From an uncultured Gammaproteobacteria bacterium (GTDB taxonomy: Bacteria > Patescibacteriota > Microgenomatia > Levybacterales > GWA1-39-11): a stretch of 64,000 nt of DNA. The translations under genes and the position numbers were made by a program. This document shows positions 8,941 to 19,371 of the stretch, piece after piece (positions within the stretch are counted from its first letter, which is position 1; each line of letters begins with the position of its first letter). The notes under the pieces are model-generated. The model was not told the origin of the DNA. It was given only the letters and a program-made list of their open reading frames with translations, and made no database searches. The stretch is from positions 5,898 through 69,897 of the forward strand of contig CAYOTA010000007.1 in the NCBI GenBank assembly GCA_964406795.1, written 5' to 3'.

Positions 8941-10596
8941 TTATGGTTTCCAGTTGCCGAGTAGAATGGAGAGATCCAGTGTGTTAATTGTGCCATTGTT
9001 ATTTAAGTCGGCCAGCGCATCATTACTTCCCCATCGAGATAATAAAAAGGATAAGTCTTGTACGTTCACCTTGCCGTCACGGTTTATGTCACCAATCGCA
9101 AATAGTGGAGGTGTTGGTGTACTCGTGGGAGTAGGTGTGCTGGTAAGGAATATGATTGGTGAAGCAGTGATAGGGGCTATAGTTGCGGTTGCCGTGGGAG
9201 TATTGGTTATTGTGGGAGTTGGGCTTGTGCCGCCCGTTTGTGTACTTTCCCTTGACCAAATCGCAAAATCTTTAGCAAGATATGGCCAAGCACCATTGTA
9301 CCAACTGTCTTGTGAAAATCTTAATTTTACAGTCTGAGTTCCTGCAGGAATTGGCGTCCAATATGAAGAGAATTGACCTGGTCGATGTTGTCCGGTTGCT
9401 TCTACGCTACCCAGCTGACGTGATGCAGGAGCGTAGGTTGCCCCATTATTATAGGAGACTTCAACGGTGCCCACTGCTGAAAATCGGAGATTTGCGTTTT
9501 CTGGTGCGGGTAAGTTAAATTGTAAGGTTTCAGAGTTACTGCTTATAGTTCTCTTATTCGCCTTAATCATGGTGAAGGGAACAGAACTCGAGATTTGCAC
9601 ATTATCCCAATGCCATGTGTTTGGTTTACATGTTCCATCAGGTCCCGGATGATTTGCTACAGCACAATCTTTTGTAGGGTTGTACGAGTGATGTCCTAAT
9701 TGGACAACTCCCTGGGTCCAGTCTAATTCGGGAATATCAGTATCTACCCAATAAATAGATCTGTTAGAGGTGAGTGGTTGTGGAGGTATTCCAAATTTAA
9801 TGCGATTTCTTGAAAGTTGAAGCTCAAATGTTGCTCTGTCTCTGGGACTTGGGGTAAGTATGTCATCATATTTTGAAAATTGATTAGAGCTAATCTCAGT
9901 TTCAACATAATTCCTAATAATATATGTCTTAAATATACCTTGATCTTGTTTGATGTGAATCGCGTTTTTTGGTGTTCCTTGCAGGTCGGGAAGCCAATCG
10001 TCAAGTGGTAGCTGCATGTTATCCTCATAAGGTGTAATCCATAAATCAATCCAATCACGGCTTGTTGACCGATAAGTAGACACGTCAAATTTTAGAGTAG
10101 TTGTTCCATTTGAAATATCCATTAGACGGTTAGGCGTTAGATATATAACCGCGTAACCTTCTTCGTTTATAGCAGTCATTATGTGATCTTTACACATAAA
10201 GACCGCATCCTCATATATCCCGGTGGTGAGATGAGTAACTAAGTTGCCTGCAGTATCAAGTGGAGGAGTGCATCCTATACCATGATGTGCGTCTTGTTGA
10301 TTTAATTTCTGTAATGTATCTACATCCCGGGAGTGGATTGCTACATCCCATTCATTTTGGCCAGCTTGCGTGAATGGCTGTGGGGTTGTAGGGGAACCAT
10401 CAAAAGTTTCAGTAAAAGGAGTAGGTAAGTTTTCAGCTGCATAATTTCTTATATCCTGATTTTGGGTAAACAGAAAGTATGTCACAAAAAATGCTCCTGT
10501 AATAAATAGAACCAGCAAGACGGAAAGACTCTTTTTATTCTTAATCAGTTTAGTAATTTTTTCTCTTGCACTAATTTTAGGAATAATTTTAATCAC
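8941..10596 (-). CDS. Secreted/anchored protein with Thr/Pro linker and C-terminal type-I dockerin module
   Basis: N-terminal TM/signal, a large domain of unknown function, a TPTPT linker, then GDINRDGKVNVQDLSFLLSRWG and ADLNNNGTINTLDLSILLGNWKP. These are two canonical 12-residue Ca-binding loops plus helices. Confidence 0.6.
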   Translation of the reverse strand: MIKIIPKISAREKITKLIKNKKSLSVLLVLFITGAFFVTYFLFTQNQDIRNYAAENLPTPFTETFDGSPTTPQPFTQAGQNEWDVAIHSRDVDTLQKLNQQDAHHGIGCTPPLDTAGNLVTHLTTGIYEDAVFMCKDHIMTAINEEGYAVIYLTPNRLMDISNGTTTLKFDVSTYRSTSRDWIDLWITPYEDNMQLPLDDWLPDLQGTPKNAIHIKQDQGIFKTYIIRNYVETEISSNQFSKYDDILTPSPRDRATFELQLSRNRIKFGIPPQPLTSNRSIYWVDTDIPELDWTQGVVQLGHHSYNPTKDCAVANHPGPDGTCKPNTWHWDNVQISSSVPFTMIKANKRTISSNSETLQFNLPAPENANLRFSAVGTVEVSYNNGATYAPASRQLGSVEATGQHRPGQFSSYWTPIPAGTQTVKLRFSQDSWYNGAWPYLAKDFAIWSRESTQTGGTSPTPTITNTPTATATIAPITASPIIFLTSTPTPTSTPTPPLFAIGDINRDGKVNVQDLSFLLSRWGSNDALADLNNNGTINTLDLSILLGNWKP

Positions 10597-10636
10597 ACTT
10601 TATTTTACATTGAGCCATCCTAGCCGTGTCAATGAG

Positions 10637-12103
10637 CTAAGGAAGCCGTGGGAAAAGTGGTTGGCCGGAGCGGACTATACCTTGGTTAAATTGGCTGAGT
10701 ACTTTTTTGGCGGTTGTAGGCAAAAACGGTTGTAAGTCAAAACCAATTTGCGCAATGGTAATACATAATGCGGACAGAACAGACGTTAATTTTTCGCCTT
10801 CTTTTTCCCATGGTTTTTCTTCATTTATTAATTTGTCTGACTTTTTTATCTCATCCCATATATGTGATAATGCAGTATTAAAGTTATATTCATCAAGTGA
10901 TTTTTGAACATTTTGGCTAAATGTTTTCGGAGCATATTCATTGTGGAAATTAATTTTTTCACACAGTTTGGAAACACGTGCGGTTAAGTTCCCCAATCCA
11001 TTTGCAAGATCAGCGTTGTAAACTTCTTTAAAGCGCTCTTTTGTAAAATCCCCGTCCCCATCTGTTGGAATTTGAGATAACATAAAATATCTAAATCCTT
11101 CCAGTCCATACTCATCTGAAATCTCAAATGGGTCTATAACATTTCCAAGCGTTTTTGACATCTTTTGGCCGCCTGATTGAACAAATCCATGAACAAGAAT
11201 TAATTTAGGTAGGTGTAACCCCGCTGACATAAGCATTGCAGGCCAATATACAGTGTGAAATCTATTAATATCCTTTCCAATCACATGCACATCAGCAGGC
11301 CACCATTTTTCAAACATGCTTGTGTCAGTTCCATATCCAATTCCTGTTATATAAATTGCTAATGCATCAAACCAAACATACATAACTTGATTGGAGTCGG
11401 TTGGGACCGGTACTCCAACTCCTTTAGCCCGGTCTCTTGATCTTGAGATGCTAAAATCTTCCAGACCACTTTTAATAAACGAAACAATTTCATTCTTTTT
11501 ACTTACTGGTACAACCTGTAACGTATTGGATTTGAGAAGTTCTAATAATTTTTCTTGGTAATTTGAAAGTTTAAAGAAATAATTTTCTTCGGTTATTTTA
11601 TCAGGAATTGTTAAATGGTCTGGGCACTTTCTATCTATCAATTCTTTATCTGTTTTAAAACTTTCACATCCTACGCAATAAAGTCCCGTATATGATTTTT
11701 TATAAATATCTCCGTTTTTGGCGCATAATTCCCACAACTTTTGAACACCAGGGAAATGAGATTTTGTATCAGATCCGCGTTCAAACACATCAAGTTTTAC
11801 TCCAAGTTTTTCATATGCTTCTTTGAAAACTAATGAATTTTTATCTAAAAATTCCTGAACAGGAAGCCCCTCTTTTTCGGCGGCCTGTACATTTTTTAAA
11901 GCATTTTCGTCAGCACCGGATAACAAAAGTGTTTCTTGGCCTAAAATTTGGTGGTAGTTTCGTATGGTATCTGCCTGAAAATACTCAAGTGCGTGTCCAA
12001 TGTGTGGCTTTCCATTCACATACGGGATTGCCGTGGTAATATAAAACGTTTGCTTTGCAGTGCTCGGTTGCGACTGTGCTCCTAAAAATGGCTTAGTTGT
12101 CAT
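10637..12103 (-). CDS. metG: Methionyl-tRNA synthetase (short form without C-terminal tRNA-binding domain)
   Basis: PYVNGKPHIGHALEY (HIGH) and QKMSKTLGN (KMSKS), plus a CxxC zinc knuckle in the CP domain. Confidence 0.9.
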   Translation of the reverse strand: MTTKPFLGAQSQPSTAKQTFYITTAIPYVNGKPHIGHALEYFQADTIRNYHQILGQETLLLSGADENALKNVQAAEKEGLPVQEFLDKNSLVFKEAYEKLGVKLDVFERGSDTKSHFPGVQKLWELCAKNGDIYKKSYTGLYCVGCESFKTDKELIDRKCPDHLTIPDKITEENYFFKLSNYQEKLLELLKSNTLQVVPVSKKNEIVSFIKSGLEDFSISRSRDRAKGVGVPVPTDSNQVMYVWFDALAIYITGIGYGTDTSMFEKWWPADVHVIGKDINRFHTVYWPAMLMSAGLHLPKLILVHGFVQSGGQKMSKTLGNVIDPFEISDEYGLEGFRYFMLSQIPTDGDGDFTKERFKEVYNADLANGLGNLTARVSKLCEKINFHNEYAPKTFSQNVQKSLDEYNFNTALSHIWDEIKKSDKLINEEKPWEKEGEKLTSVLSALCITIAQIGFDLQPFLPTTAKKVLSQFNQGIVRSGQPLFPRLP

Positions 12104-12140
12104 GCCGTTAAGTATAACTTATGAGGCTATATATTACAAA

Positions 12141-12473
12141 TTACTTATTTCGAAACCCCAGCTCAACTAACACAATTATTGCAAGTAATATTCCAGCATA
12201 GAGCACATTTAAAAATCCTATAATTTTTAGAAAAAACAAAGATGTTAGGAAAAATGATGTAAGTATTCCCATTCTCAAATTTGTTGTTATAAAACTTGCA
12301 ACTGAAAAAAGAAAAATAAATAAAAGAATAAAAAAGAAAAATATCGGTGAAAATGTAAAAGACCCTAAGGGAGATGTTTTTTCAGGATCTACAAAAAACA
12401 CAAAAAATAGCAATGCACATAAAGAGGCAAAACCTATAAGTAGATAGGGGAGTACGTGTTTTCTTTTTCGCAT
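12141..12473 (-). CDS. Small membrane protein, function unknown
   Basis: 110 aa with 3 predicted TM helices and no motif. Confidence 0.3.
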   Translation of the reverse strand: MRKRKHVLPYLLIGFASLCALLFFVFFVDPEKTSPLGSFTFSPIFFFFILLFIFLFSVASFITTNLRMGILTSFFLTSLFFLKIIGFLNVLYAGILLAIIVLVELGFRNK

Positions 12474-12491
12474 GTAATTATTGTACCAGAC

Positions 12492-13313
12492 CTAGCGGAA
12501 AGAATTTATTTCATTCCGTAATTTTTGTGCTTCAGCTCTGGGTGAATTAGCAAGAATAATTCCCCTTGAGGAGTTAATTATAAGTCCTTTTCCCTGAGAG
12601 TTTTTTCCAGCTTTTACAAATGTTTCAACGCTTCCTCCCTGAGCTCCCACGCCAGGAACTAACATAGTCATCTCGCCAACTAGTTTTCTTATAGCTATCA
12701 GTTCTTCAGGATATGTCGCCCCAAAAAACATCATTGAGTTTGGATTTTCTCCGTGTGTCCGTATAAGCTCTTCTGCTACTTTTTGGTAAAGTAATTGTCC
12801 GTCTACTTTAAGTTCTTGGAATTCTTTTGCTCCTGGATTTGAAGAATGAACTCCTAAGATAATTCCTTTATCTTTATAATTATAAAACACTTCTAGGGAT
12901 TCTAAACCCATGTATGGCATAATAGTAATTGCGTCTCCTTGAAGATATTCAAAAACAAACTTAGCATATCCCTTATTTGTGTTTCCTATATCTCCTCGTT
13001 TTGCATCAATGATCACCGGAATTTCAGGATAATTTTGAGTCAGATAATCACATGTCATCTTAAGGTCTGTTATTCCATCAATTCCGCGAGATTCATAAAA
13101 TGCTGGGTTTGGTTTATATGCACAGACATATTCTGCAGTTTGATCAATAATAATTTTATTAAACTCAAATTGAGGATTTGGGTAAAGGCTAATGTTTGCG
13201 GGAATTCTCTCGAGTTCGGGATCAAGGCCTACACAAAGTAAAGAATTATTTTTTTTGATGGCAGCATCAAGTTTTTCAAAGAATGTCATGTTGCGTAAAG
13301 TATACCAAACCAC
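12492..13313 (-). CDS. pyrF: Orotidine-5-phosphate decarboxylase (long type-2 form)
   Basis: LCVGLDPE and DAKRGDIGNT motifs; about 273 aa, the size of the type-2 OMPdecase. Confidence 0.85.
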   Translation of the reverse strand: MVWYTLRNMTFFEKLDAAIKKNNSLLCVGLDPELERIPANISLYPNPQFEFNKIIIDQTAEYVCAYKPNPAFYESRGIDGITDLKMTCDYLTQNYPEIPVIIDAKRGDIGNTNKGYAKFVFEYLQGDAITIMPYMGLESLEVFYNYKDKGIILGVHSSNPGAKEFQELKVDGQLLYQKVAEELIRTHGENPNSMMFFGATYPEELIAIRKLVGEMTMLVPGVGAQGGSVETFVKAGKNSQGKGLIINSSRGIILANSPRAEAQKLRNEINSFR

Positions 13314-13351
13314 GTGCTTTATTGAAATGTTAAATATGGTATTATACTAGT

Positions 13352-14428
13352 GTGAAAACCCCTTTCTACGACCCATTAAAAACCTATGAAGAAAATTACG
13401 ACTATGGTCCTTTTGGAAGTTTTGCTAATCCAGAAAAATACCAATTAATGACAGACCTTTCACACGATTTTTTAGGTCATAAAGTAAATCTTCCTTTTGG
13501 CATTCCAGCAGGCCCACTTTTAAATAGTAAATTTGTAAAAGCGGCATTTGAAAAAGGATTTGATATACCCGTATATAAAACGGTGAGAAGTAAAACTTAT
13601 CAGACTCATCCATTTCCAAATGTGTTGGGTGTTCATGTAGATGGGGACTTAACACTTGAAAAAGCTCAGCAGCCACTTATTGCGGACGATAAATATGAAG
13701 ACCCAATCTCTATTACCAACTCCTTTGGTGTTCCTTCAAAAGATCCGAGTGTTTGGCAGGAAGACGCAAAAAAAGCTATTTCATATGCAGGAGTAGGGCA
13801 AGTAATGGTTTTAAGTTTTATGGGAACAGTTCAGCCAAATCAGACAGAGCAGGAATTGATTGAAGACTTTGCGCTGGCCGCGAGATTATCATTTGAAACA
13901 GGAGCTAAAATTTTGGAAGTGAATTTATCATGTCCTAATATTGGTAACGAGGGACTAGTTTGTTACAACTTGGACATGACAAAAAAAGTGTTAGAAGCCA
14001 TTAGAAGTAAAATTGAGAATGTTCCTCTTATCGTAAAGGTTGGATACTACAAAGAGGAAAAAGATTTGGAAAAGCTAGCTGAAATAGTGCCAGGGTATGC
14101 AAATTCTATTTCAGTAATTAATACTATCAGTGCGCCAATAGTTGATAAAGATGGAAATCAAGCACTTCCAGGAAATCCCGTTAGACTCAAAAGCGGTGTA
14201 TGTGGTGCTTGTATAAAATGGGCCGGGTTGGAGATGGTAAAAAAACTTAAAAGTATTCGGGAAAAACACAGTTATAAATTTTTCATAGATGGGGTGGGGG
14301 GAGTTACAAAACCACAAGATTATTTAGAATATAAAAATGCTGGAGCAGATGCTGTGTTTTCAGCGACTGGTGCTATGTGGAATCCAGAACTTGCAATTGA
14401 AATTAAAGAAAAAGTGAAAAACAGTTAA
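13352..14428 (+). CDS. pyrD: Dihydroorotate dehydrogenase, class-1 type (Cys active-site base) with N-terminal extension
   Basis: GIPAGP...KTV...GNP-like N-terminus, LEVNLSCPN active site, and a GVGGV FMN-binding C-terminus. Confidence 0.8.
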   Translation: MKTPFYDPLKTYEENYDYGPFGSFANPEKYQLMTDLSHDFLGHKVNLPFGIPAGPLLNSKFVKAAFEKGFDIPVYKTVRSKTYQTHPFPNVLGVHVDGDLTLEKAQQPLIADDKYEDPISITNSFGVPSKDPSVWQEDAKKAISYAGVGQVMVLSFMGTVQPNQTEQELIEDFALAARLSFETGAKILEVNLSCPNIGNEGLVCYNLDMTKKVLEAIRSKIENVPLIVKVGYYKEEKDLEKLAEIVPGYANSISVINTISAPIVDKDGNQALPGNPVRLKSGVCGACIKWAGLEMVKKLKSIREKHSYKFFIDGVGGVTKPQDYLEYKNAGADAVFSATGAMWNPELAIEIKEKVKNS

Positions 14429-15051
14429 GTTTTGTTTTTAAATTCGAGGAATTTTTTTCCGTGACCTACTGTTGTATTTACCGGTTTTCCCTCTTTACAT
14501 AACGGACACTTTTCAGCTGGCCATGTTTCAACCGGCAGCTCACCTAAGCTCATAAACGGTGCGCCTACCGTATCTCCATTAACTGTTTTAGGACTCCTGT
14601 TTACCATTACAATAACTGCCACAACTCGGCCGCCAGAAGCCTTTATGGTATCTACAACTTTTTTAACTGAGCCACCTGTAGTTGTTAAATCTTCTATAAC
14701 TAGTACATTTTTATTTGCTACATACTTATCATAATTTCTGGTAAACACTTGATTTTTTGATTCATCTTTCTCTGTGTAAATTCCTAAAATTTCTTTATTT
14801 TTTAATGATGACAGGTGATATGCCGTCCAGGTTGATAAAATAATTCCACCTAGTGCCGGGCCCACTACTACATCTACGTCCAAGTTTTGTGCTTTCTTAG
14901 CAAACAACATTCCTACTTGAGATGTTTCTTCAGTGTGCGGGTAAAGTGCATCTTTATTTATGTAGATAGGCATATGAAGGCCGGAAGTTCCTACAAAATG
15001 ATCATCTGTTAATACTGCTCCTACTTTTTTTAGAATTTCTAATACTTCCAT
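14425..15051 (-). CDS. pyrE: Orotate phosphoribosyltransferase with C-terminal Cys zinc-ribbon tail
   Basis: VLVIEDLTTTGGS PRPP-binding motif and a C-terminal CPLC...H cluster. Confidence 0.85.
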   Translation of the reverse strand: MEVLEILKKVGAVLTDDHFVGTSGLHMPIYINKDALYPHTEETSQVGMLFAKKAQNLDVDVVVGPALGGIILSTWTAYHLSSLKNKEILGIYTEKDESKNQVFTRNYDKYVANKNVLVIEDLTTTGGSVKKVVDTIKASGGRVVAVIVMVNRSPKTVNGDTVGAPFMSLGELPVETWPAEKCPLCKEGKPVNTTVGHGKKFLEFKNKT

Positions 15052-15059
15052 TGTATTTA

Positions 15060-16118
15060 TTATACCGCTGGCATAAGTACTCGTCCAGAGCCGGGTTTTG
15101 CAGTTATTTTTTCATTTTCAAAAACTATAGTATTTTCTAATGTGACTTTTTTAATTTTCCCCTGCATTTCACATCCGTTAAATGGTGACCACTTACATTT
15201 TGTAAATAATTTGTCATTTTCTATTTTGTATTTTTCATCCATATCTATTTCTACATTGGATTCTATATCTGGGATTTTTAAAATACTTTTAGGATTTGTG
15301 TAGCATAAGCGTTTAATATCTTCTATTGTTAACTTTTCTTGATTCACAGCGGTTAAAAGTAGTGGAAGTGTAGTTTCTAATCCAGGAACACCAAAGGGAG
15401 TTGGATGTAATTCTTTTTCCACTTTTGTATGCGGTGCGTGATCTGACTCAACCACATCTATATGTTCTAAATTTTCCCATAAATATGACACATCGTTTTT
15501 TGATTTTAAGTATGGTTTCATTTTCCCGTATGGTCCTAATTTTTGAGCATCTTCCTGGGTTAAAAATAAATGGTGAGGGGTAACACCGCATGTTATGGGA
15601 AGCCCTTCTTCTTTAGCGCTCATTATTTGTTCTAAGTCTGAGCGCAAACTTATATGGCAAAAGTGAGTAGGTTTCTTGGTGCGTTTAACATTTTTTATAA
15701 CTTCTGCTACTGCATCATCTTCTGCGTGAACTAGAATTGGCCCCCCATTCCATGCATCAAATATCTTTGAAAGCACATCTGCATTAATTAAAAAGTTTCC
15801 AGTAGTTTCATTCAGGTAAAGTTTTATCCCAAATACTTTTGATTTTACTTTTTCAAATTCGTCTAAATTTTCTCCCTGAGATCCAAAATAAAATCCAATA
15901 GTTGAGACAATTTGTAATTTCGCAAGTTCTATTTTTTCGTTGAGTAGTTCACTAGTTTTTATAGGAACAGTATTATTCGGCATATCTATAACTGTCACAA
16001 ATCCGCCCGCCAATGCTGCTGAAGTTCCTGATAAAAAATCTTCTTTTTGTGTTTGTCCAGGAGTTCGTAGGTGGACATGCATATCTATGAGTCCCGGTAG
16101 TGTAGTAATGTTAGACAT
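15060..16118 (-). CDS. pyrC: Dihydroorotase
   Basis: IDMHVHLRTPG metal-binding HxH, an amidohydrolase fold, and an 8-nt overlap with the carB stop. Confidence 0.85.
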   Translation of the reverse strand: MSNITTLPGLIDMHVHLRTPGQTQKEDFLSGTSAALAGGFVTVIDMPNNTVPIKTSELLNEKIELAKLQIVSTIGFYFGSQGENLDEFEKVKSKVFGIKLYLNETTGNFLINADVLSKIFDAWNGGPILVHAEDDAVAEVIKNVKRTKKPTHFCHISLRSDLEQIMSAKEEGLPITCGVTPHHLFLTQEDAQKLGPYGKMKPYLKSKNDVSYLWENLEHIDVVESDHAPHTKVEKELHPTPFGVPGLETTLPLLLTAVNQEKLTIEDIKRLCYTNPKSILKIPDIESNVEIDMDEKYKIENDKLFTKCKWSPFNGCEMQGKIKKVTLENTIVFENEKITAKPGSGRVLMPAV

Positions 16119-19100
16119 ATTCGTTCCAAGATTTGATTTCTAAGTCAGTTAATTTATACTCCGTAAGAGCCTTAACATACAAATCCGCGTTTTTTCTATT
16201 TGTGATAAGTCTGATATTGTGATCAATGGCCGCTCTTCTCATAATGTATCCGTCATCAATATCACGTCGTAACTTTGAGTCAACAATGTTTATTGCAAGA
16301 TCTACTTTTCCACGGGCAAAGTAATCAAGAACATTAGGGTTTTTCTTTTCATGTATCTTGTAAAGCCGTTTGGCCGCAATACCATGAAATTTTAAAAATC
16401 TTGCAGTTTTTTCAGTTGCATAAATTGGAACATTTAGTGTGTTTAATAGTAGTGCGGAATCCAAAAATCTAATTTTATTGTCATCAGTACCCAGTGAAAT
16501 AAATATTCCTTTTTTTGGAATAACACCCTCAACTGACAGTTCAGCTTTTAGAAATGCTTCTGCCAGTGTTTTCCCAAACGCAGCTGCTTCTCCGGTAGAC
16601 GCCATCTCTACTCGCAGTAGTGGGTCTGCACCTTCAAGTCGGGAGAATGAAAATTGCGGAACTTTTACTAAATACGAATTAGGATATTCTATTTTTTTGA
16701 CAACCCCTTTTTTGAAAAATGAGTCCACTATGATATGCGCAAGGTTAACTCCAGTCGCTTTAGAGATGAAAGGAAATGTTCTGGATGCGCGCAAATTTGC
16801 CTCAATAACATGCACCTGTCCTTCACGGGCTAAGAACTGAATATTGATAGGACCCGTAATTTGCAGTTCTTTTACAATTTTTTCGGCAATTGAAATAATT
16901 TCTTTTTCATAGTGAATATACAGTTGGTGAGGCGGATAAGAAATGGATGCGTCCCCTGAATGTACTCCTGCATTTTCTATGTGCTGGGAAATAGCATATG
17001 ACAAAAGTGTTCCTTCTTGGGCTACTCCATCCAATTCTATTTCGCGTGCATGCTCCACAAATTTACTAACGGTAATAGGATATTCATTGCTGAGAATGGT
17101 TGCCTTTTTAACAAATATTTCCAAATCATACTGGTTATAGCACACACTCATAGCATCCCCTGACAAAACATATGATGGTCGTATTAAGACAGGGTACCCA
17201 ACTTTTTTAGAGAACGAAATAGCATCTTGGAGATGTTTAAATTCTCTCCATTCAGGCTGGGAAATAGATAATGTGTCAAGTAGTTTTGAAAATGTATTTC
17301 TGTCTTCAGCCCGATCAATATTTTTAGGTGATGTTCCTAATATAGGAACTTTATATAGATCAAGTTTTTTAGATAAATTATTAGGTGTTTGTCCTCCAAC
17401 TGATACAACAACTCCAAATGATTTTTCAAAATCATAAATATCCAAAACGCGTTCGAGTGTTAACTCTTCAAAGTAAAGCCGTTCTGACATATCGTAATCA
17501 GTTGATACTGTTTCAGGATTACAGTTAATAATAATTGATTTCTTTTTATGCTTCTTAAGCGCATGTGCTGTGTTAACACATGTCCAGTCAAACTCAACAG
17601 AGGAGCCAATTCTATATGGTCCGGATCCTAACACAATTACACCGTCCTGTAAAAGTGGCCGCACATCATTATGATGTGCGTGATAGGTAGTGTATAAATA
17701 GTTTGTTTTTGCAGGAAACTCTCCTGCCAGTGTATCTATTTGTAAAATTGAAGGAGTAACTTCATTCTTAATTCTTAATTCTCTAACTTGTGACTCTGAC
17801 ATATTAACTAATGTTCCAATTCGCGCGTCAGCTATCCCTAATTTTTTATACGAAAGTAAAGACTCGCGGTCCAGTTTTTTATTTATTTGAAGTTTTTTTT
17901 CAGCGAGCACTATATTTTCTATAGCATATAAAAACCATGGATCAATTCCGGTAACTTTATTAATTTCAGAAATGGAACTTCCTGTTTTAAGCGCTTCAGC
18001 AATAGCAAAAACACGTTTTGGGGTGGGAACTTTTAAGAAATGCGCTATATTTTGTTTTACATTTAAGCCTTTTTGTTTGGGAATTGAATTATCAGACACT
18101 CCATTATTTTGCGTTCCTAGCATGCGGATTGCTTTTTGAAGTGCTTCCTCAAAACTCCTTCCAATACTCATTACTTCCCCCACAGACTTCATAGATGATC
18201 CTAATTTTTCCTCCACTCCTTTAAATTTTTCCAAATCCCATCTGGGAATTTTAACAACTAAATAATCAAGCGCGGGTTCAAATGCTGATTGGGTTACAAG
18301 TGTAACCTGATTTTTAATTTCCGTAAGCGCTTTGCCAAGTGCTAACTTGGCTGCAACATATGCCAATGGATATCCAGTCGCTTTAGAGGCAAGAGCTGAC
18401 GACCTTGAAAGTCTTGGGTTCATTTCAATTACTTCATATTCTAGCGGTGGATTGTCACCTTCTGTCTTTTTAGGTTTTACCTGCCCGCCGGTCAATTCAG
18501 CTTGCTGGTGTTGCGGGCGGGGATTGAGCGCAAATTGCACATTACATTCCCCAATGATATTAAGACTTCTGACAATTTTTATAGAAATGTCACGTAAATA
18601 TTGATATTCGTAATTAGTGAGAGTTTGGGACGGTGCAACTACAATAGACTCTCCGGTGTGAATTCCTAACGGATCCATATTCTCCATATTGCATACAGTT
18701 ATACAATTATCAAACGAGTCCCGAACAACCTCATATTCAATTTCTTTCCAGTGATGAAGATATTGTTCTACTAACACTTGCGGTGAGAAAGAAAGTGCTG
18801 CCTCAACACGTTCCTCAAATTCTTTTTCGGTATAACACACGCCTGACTTTTGCCCGCCCAGCGCAAATCCAGCTCGTACCATAACCGGAAGTCCTAATTT
18901 TTTCATGACTCTTTTGGCAGCTGCCATATTTCTTGCAGCGTGTGAAGTTGGGGTTTTTACGTGAATTTTTTTAAGGTGATTTGCAAACATTTGCCTGTCT
19001 TCCGCTATAATAACGCTTTCCACAGAAGTTCCAAGTACTGTTACGCCGTACTTTTGAAAAATCTTATTTTTATATAAATTCATCCCAGCATTAAGTGCTG

Positions 19101-19371
19101 TTTGTCCTCCAAATGAGAGGCTTATAGCATCCGGTTTTTCTTTTTTGATAATTTCTTCTATAAAGTATTCGTTGACAGGCAAGAAATATACCTTGTGTGC
19201 CATAAATTCAGAAGTTTGAATAGTTGCTATATTTGGATTGAGTAAAATTACCTCAATTCCCTCTTCTTTAAATGCTTTTATTGCTTGGGATCCGGAATAA
19301 TCAAATTCTCCAGCTTGTCCAATTTTTAACGCACCGGATCCTAACAGTAATACTTTTTTTATTTTTTTCAT
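16111..19371 (-). CDS. carB: Carbamoyl-phosphate synthase large subunit
   Basis: 1086 aa with duplicated ATP-grasp halves and an MGS-like C-terminus; unmistakable CarB. Confidence 0.95.
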   Translation of the reverse strand: MKKIKKVLLLGSGALKIGQAGEFDYSGSQAIKAFKEEGIEVILLNPNIATIQTSEFMAHKVYFLPVNEYFIEEIIKKEKPDAISLSFGGQTALNAGMNLYKNKIFQKYGVTVLGTSVESVIIAEDRQMFANHLKKIHVKTPTSHAARNMAAAKRVMKKLGLPVMVRAGFALGGQKSGVCYTEKEFEERVEAALSFSPQVLVEQYLHHWKEIEYEVVRDSFDNCITVCNMENMDPLGIHTGESIVVAPSQTLTNYEYQYLRDISIKIVRSLNIIGECNVQFALNPRPQHQQAELTGGQVKPKKTEGDNPPLEYEVIEMNPRLSRSSALASKATGYPLAYVAAKLALGKALTEIKNQVTLVTQSAFEPALDYLVVKIPRWDLEKFKGVEEKLGSSMKSVGEVMSIGRSFEEALQKAIRMLGTQNNGVSDNSIPKQKGLNVKQNIAHFLKVPTPKRVFAIAEALKTGSSISEINKVTGIDPWFLYAIENIVLAEKKLQINKKLDRESLLSYKKLGIADARIGTLVNMSESQVRELRIKNEVTPSILQIDTLAGEFPAKTNYLYTTYHAHHNDVRPLLQDGVIVLGSGPYRIGSSVEFDWTCVNTAHALKKHKKKSIIINCNPETVSTDYDMSERLYFEELTLERVLDIYDFEKSFGVVVSVGGQTPNNLSKKLDLYKVPILGTSPKNIDRAEDRNTFSKLLDTLSISQPEWREFKHLQDAISFSKKVGYPVLIRPSYVLSGDAMSVCYNQYDLEIFVKKATILSNEYPITVSKFVEHAREIELDGVAQEGTLLSYAISQHIENAGVHSGDASISYPPHQLYIHYEKEIISIAEKIVKELQITGPINIQFLAREGQVHVIEANLRASRTFPFISKATGVNLAHIIVDSFFKKGVVKKIEYPNSYLVKVPQFSFSRLEGADPLLRVEMASTGEAAAFGKTLAEAFLKAELSVEGVIPKKGIFISLGTDDNKIRFLDSALLLNTLNVPIYATEKTARFLKFHGIAAKRLYKIHEKKNPNVLDYFARGKVDLAINIVDSKLRRDIDDGYIMRRAAIDHNIRLITNRKNADLYVKALTEYKLTDLEIKSWNEYV

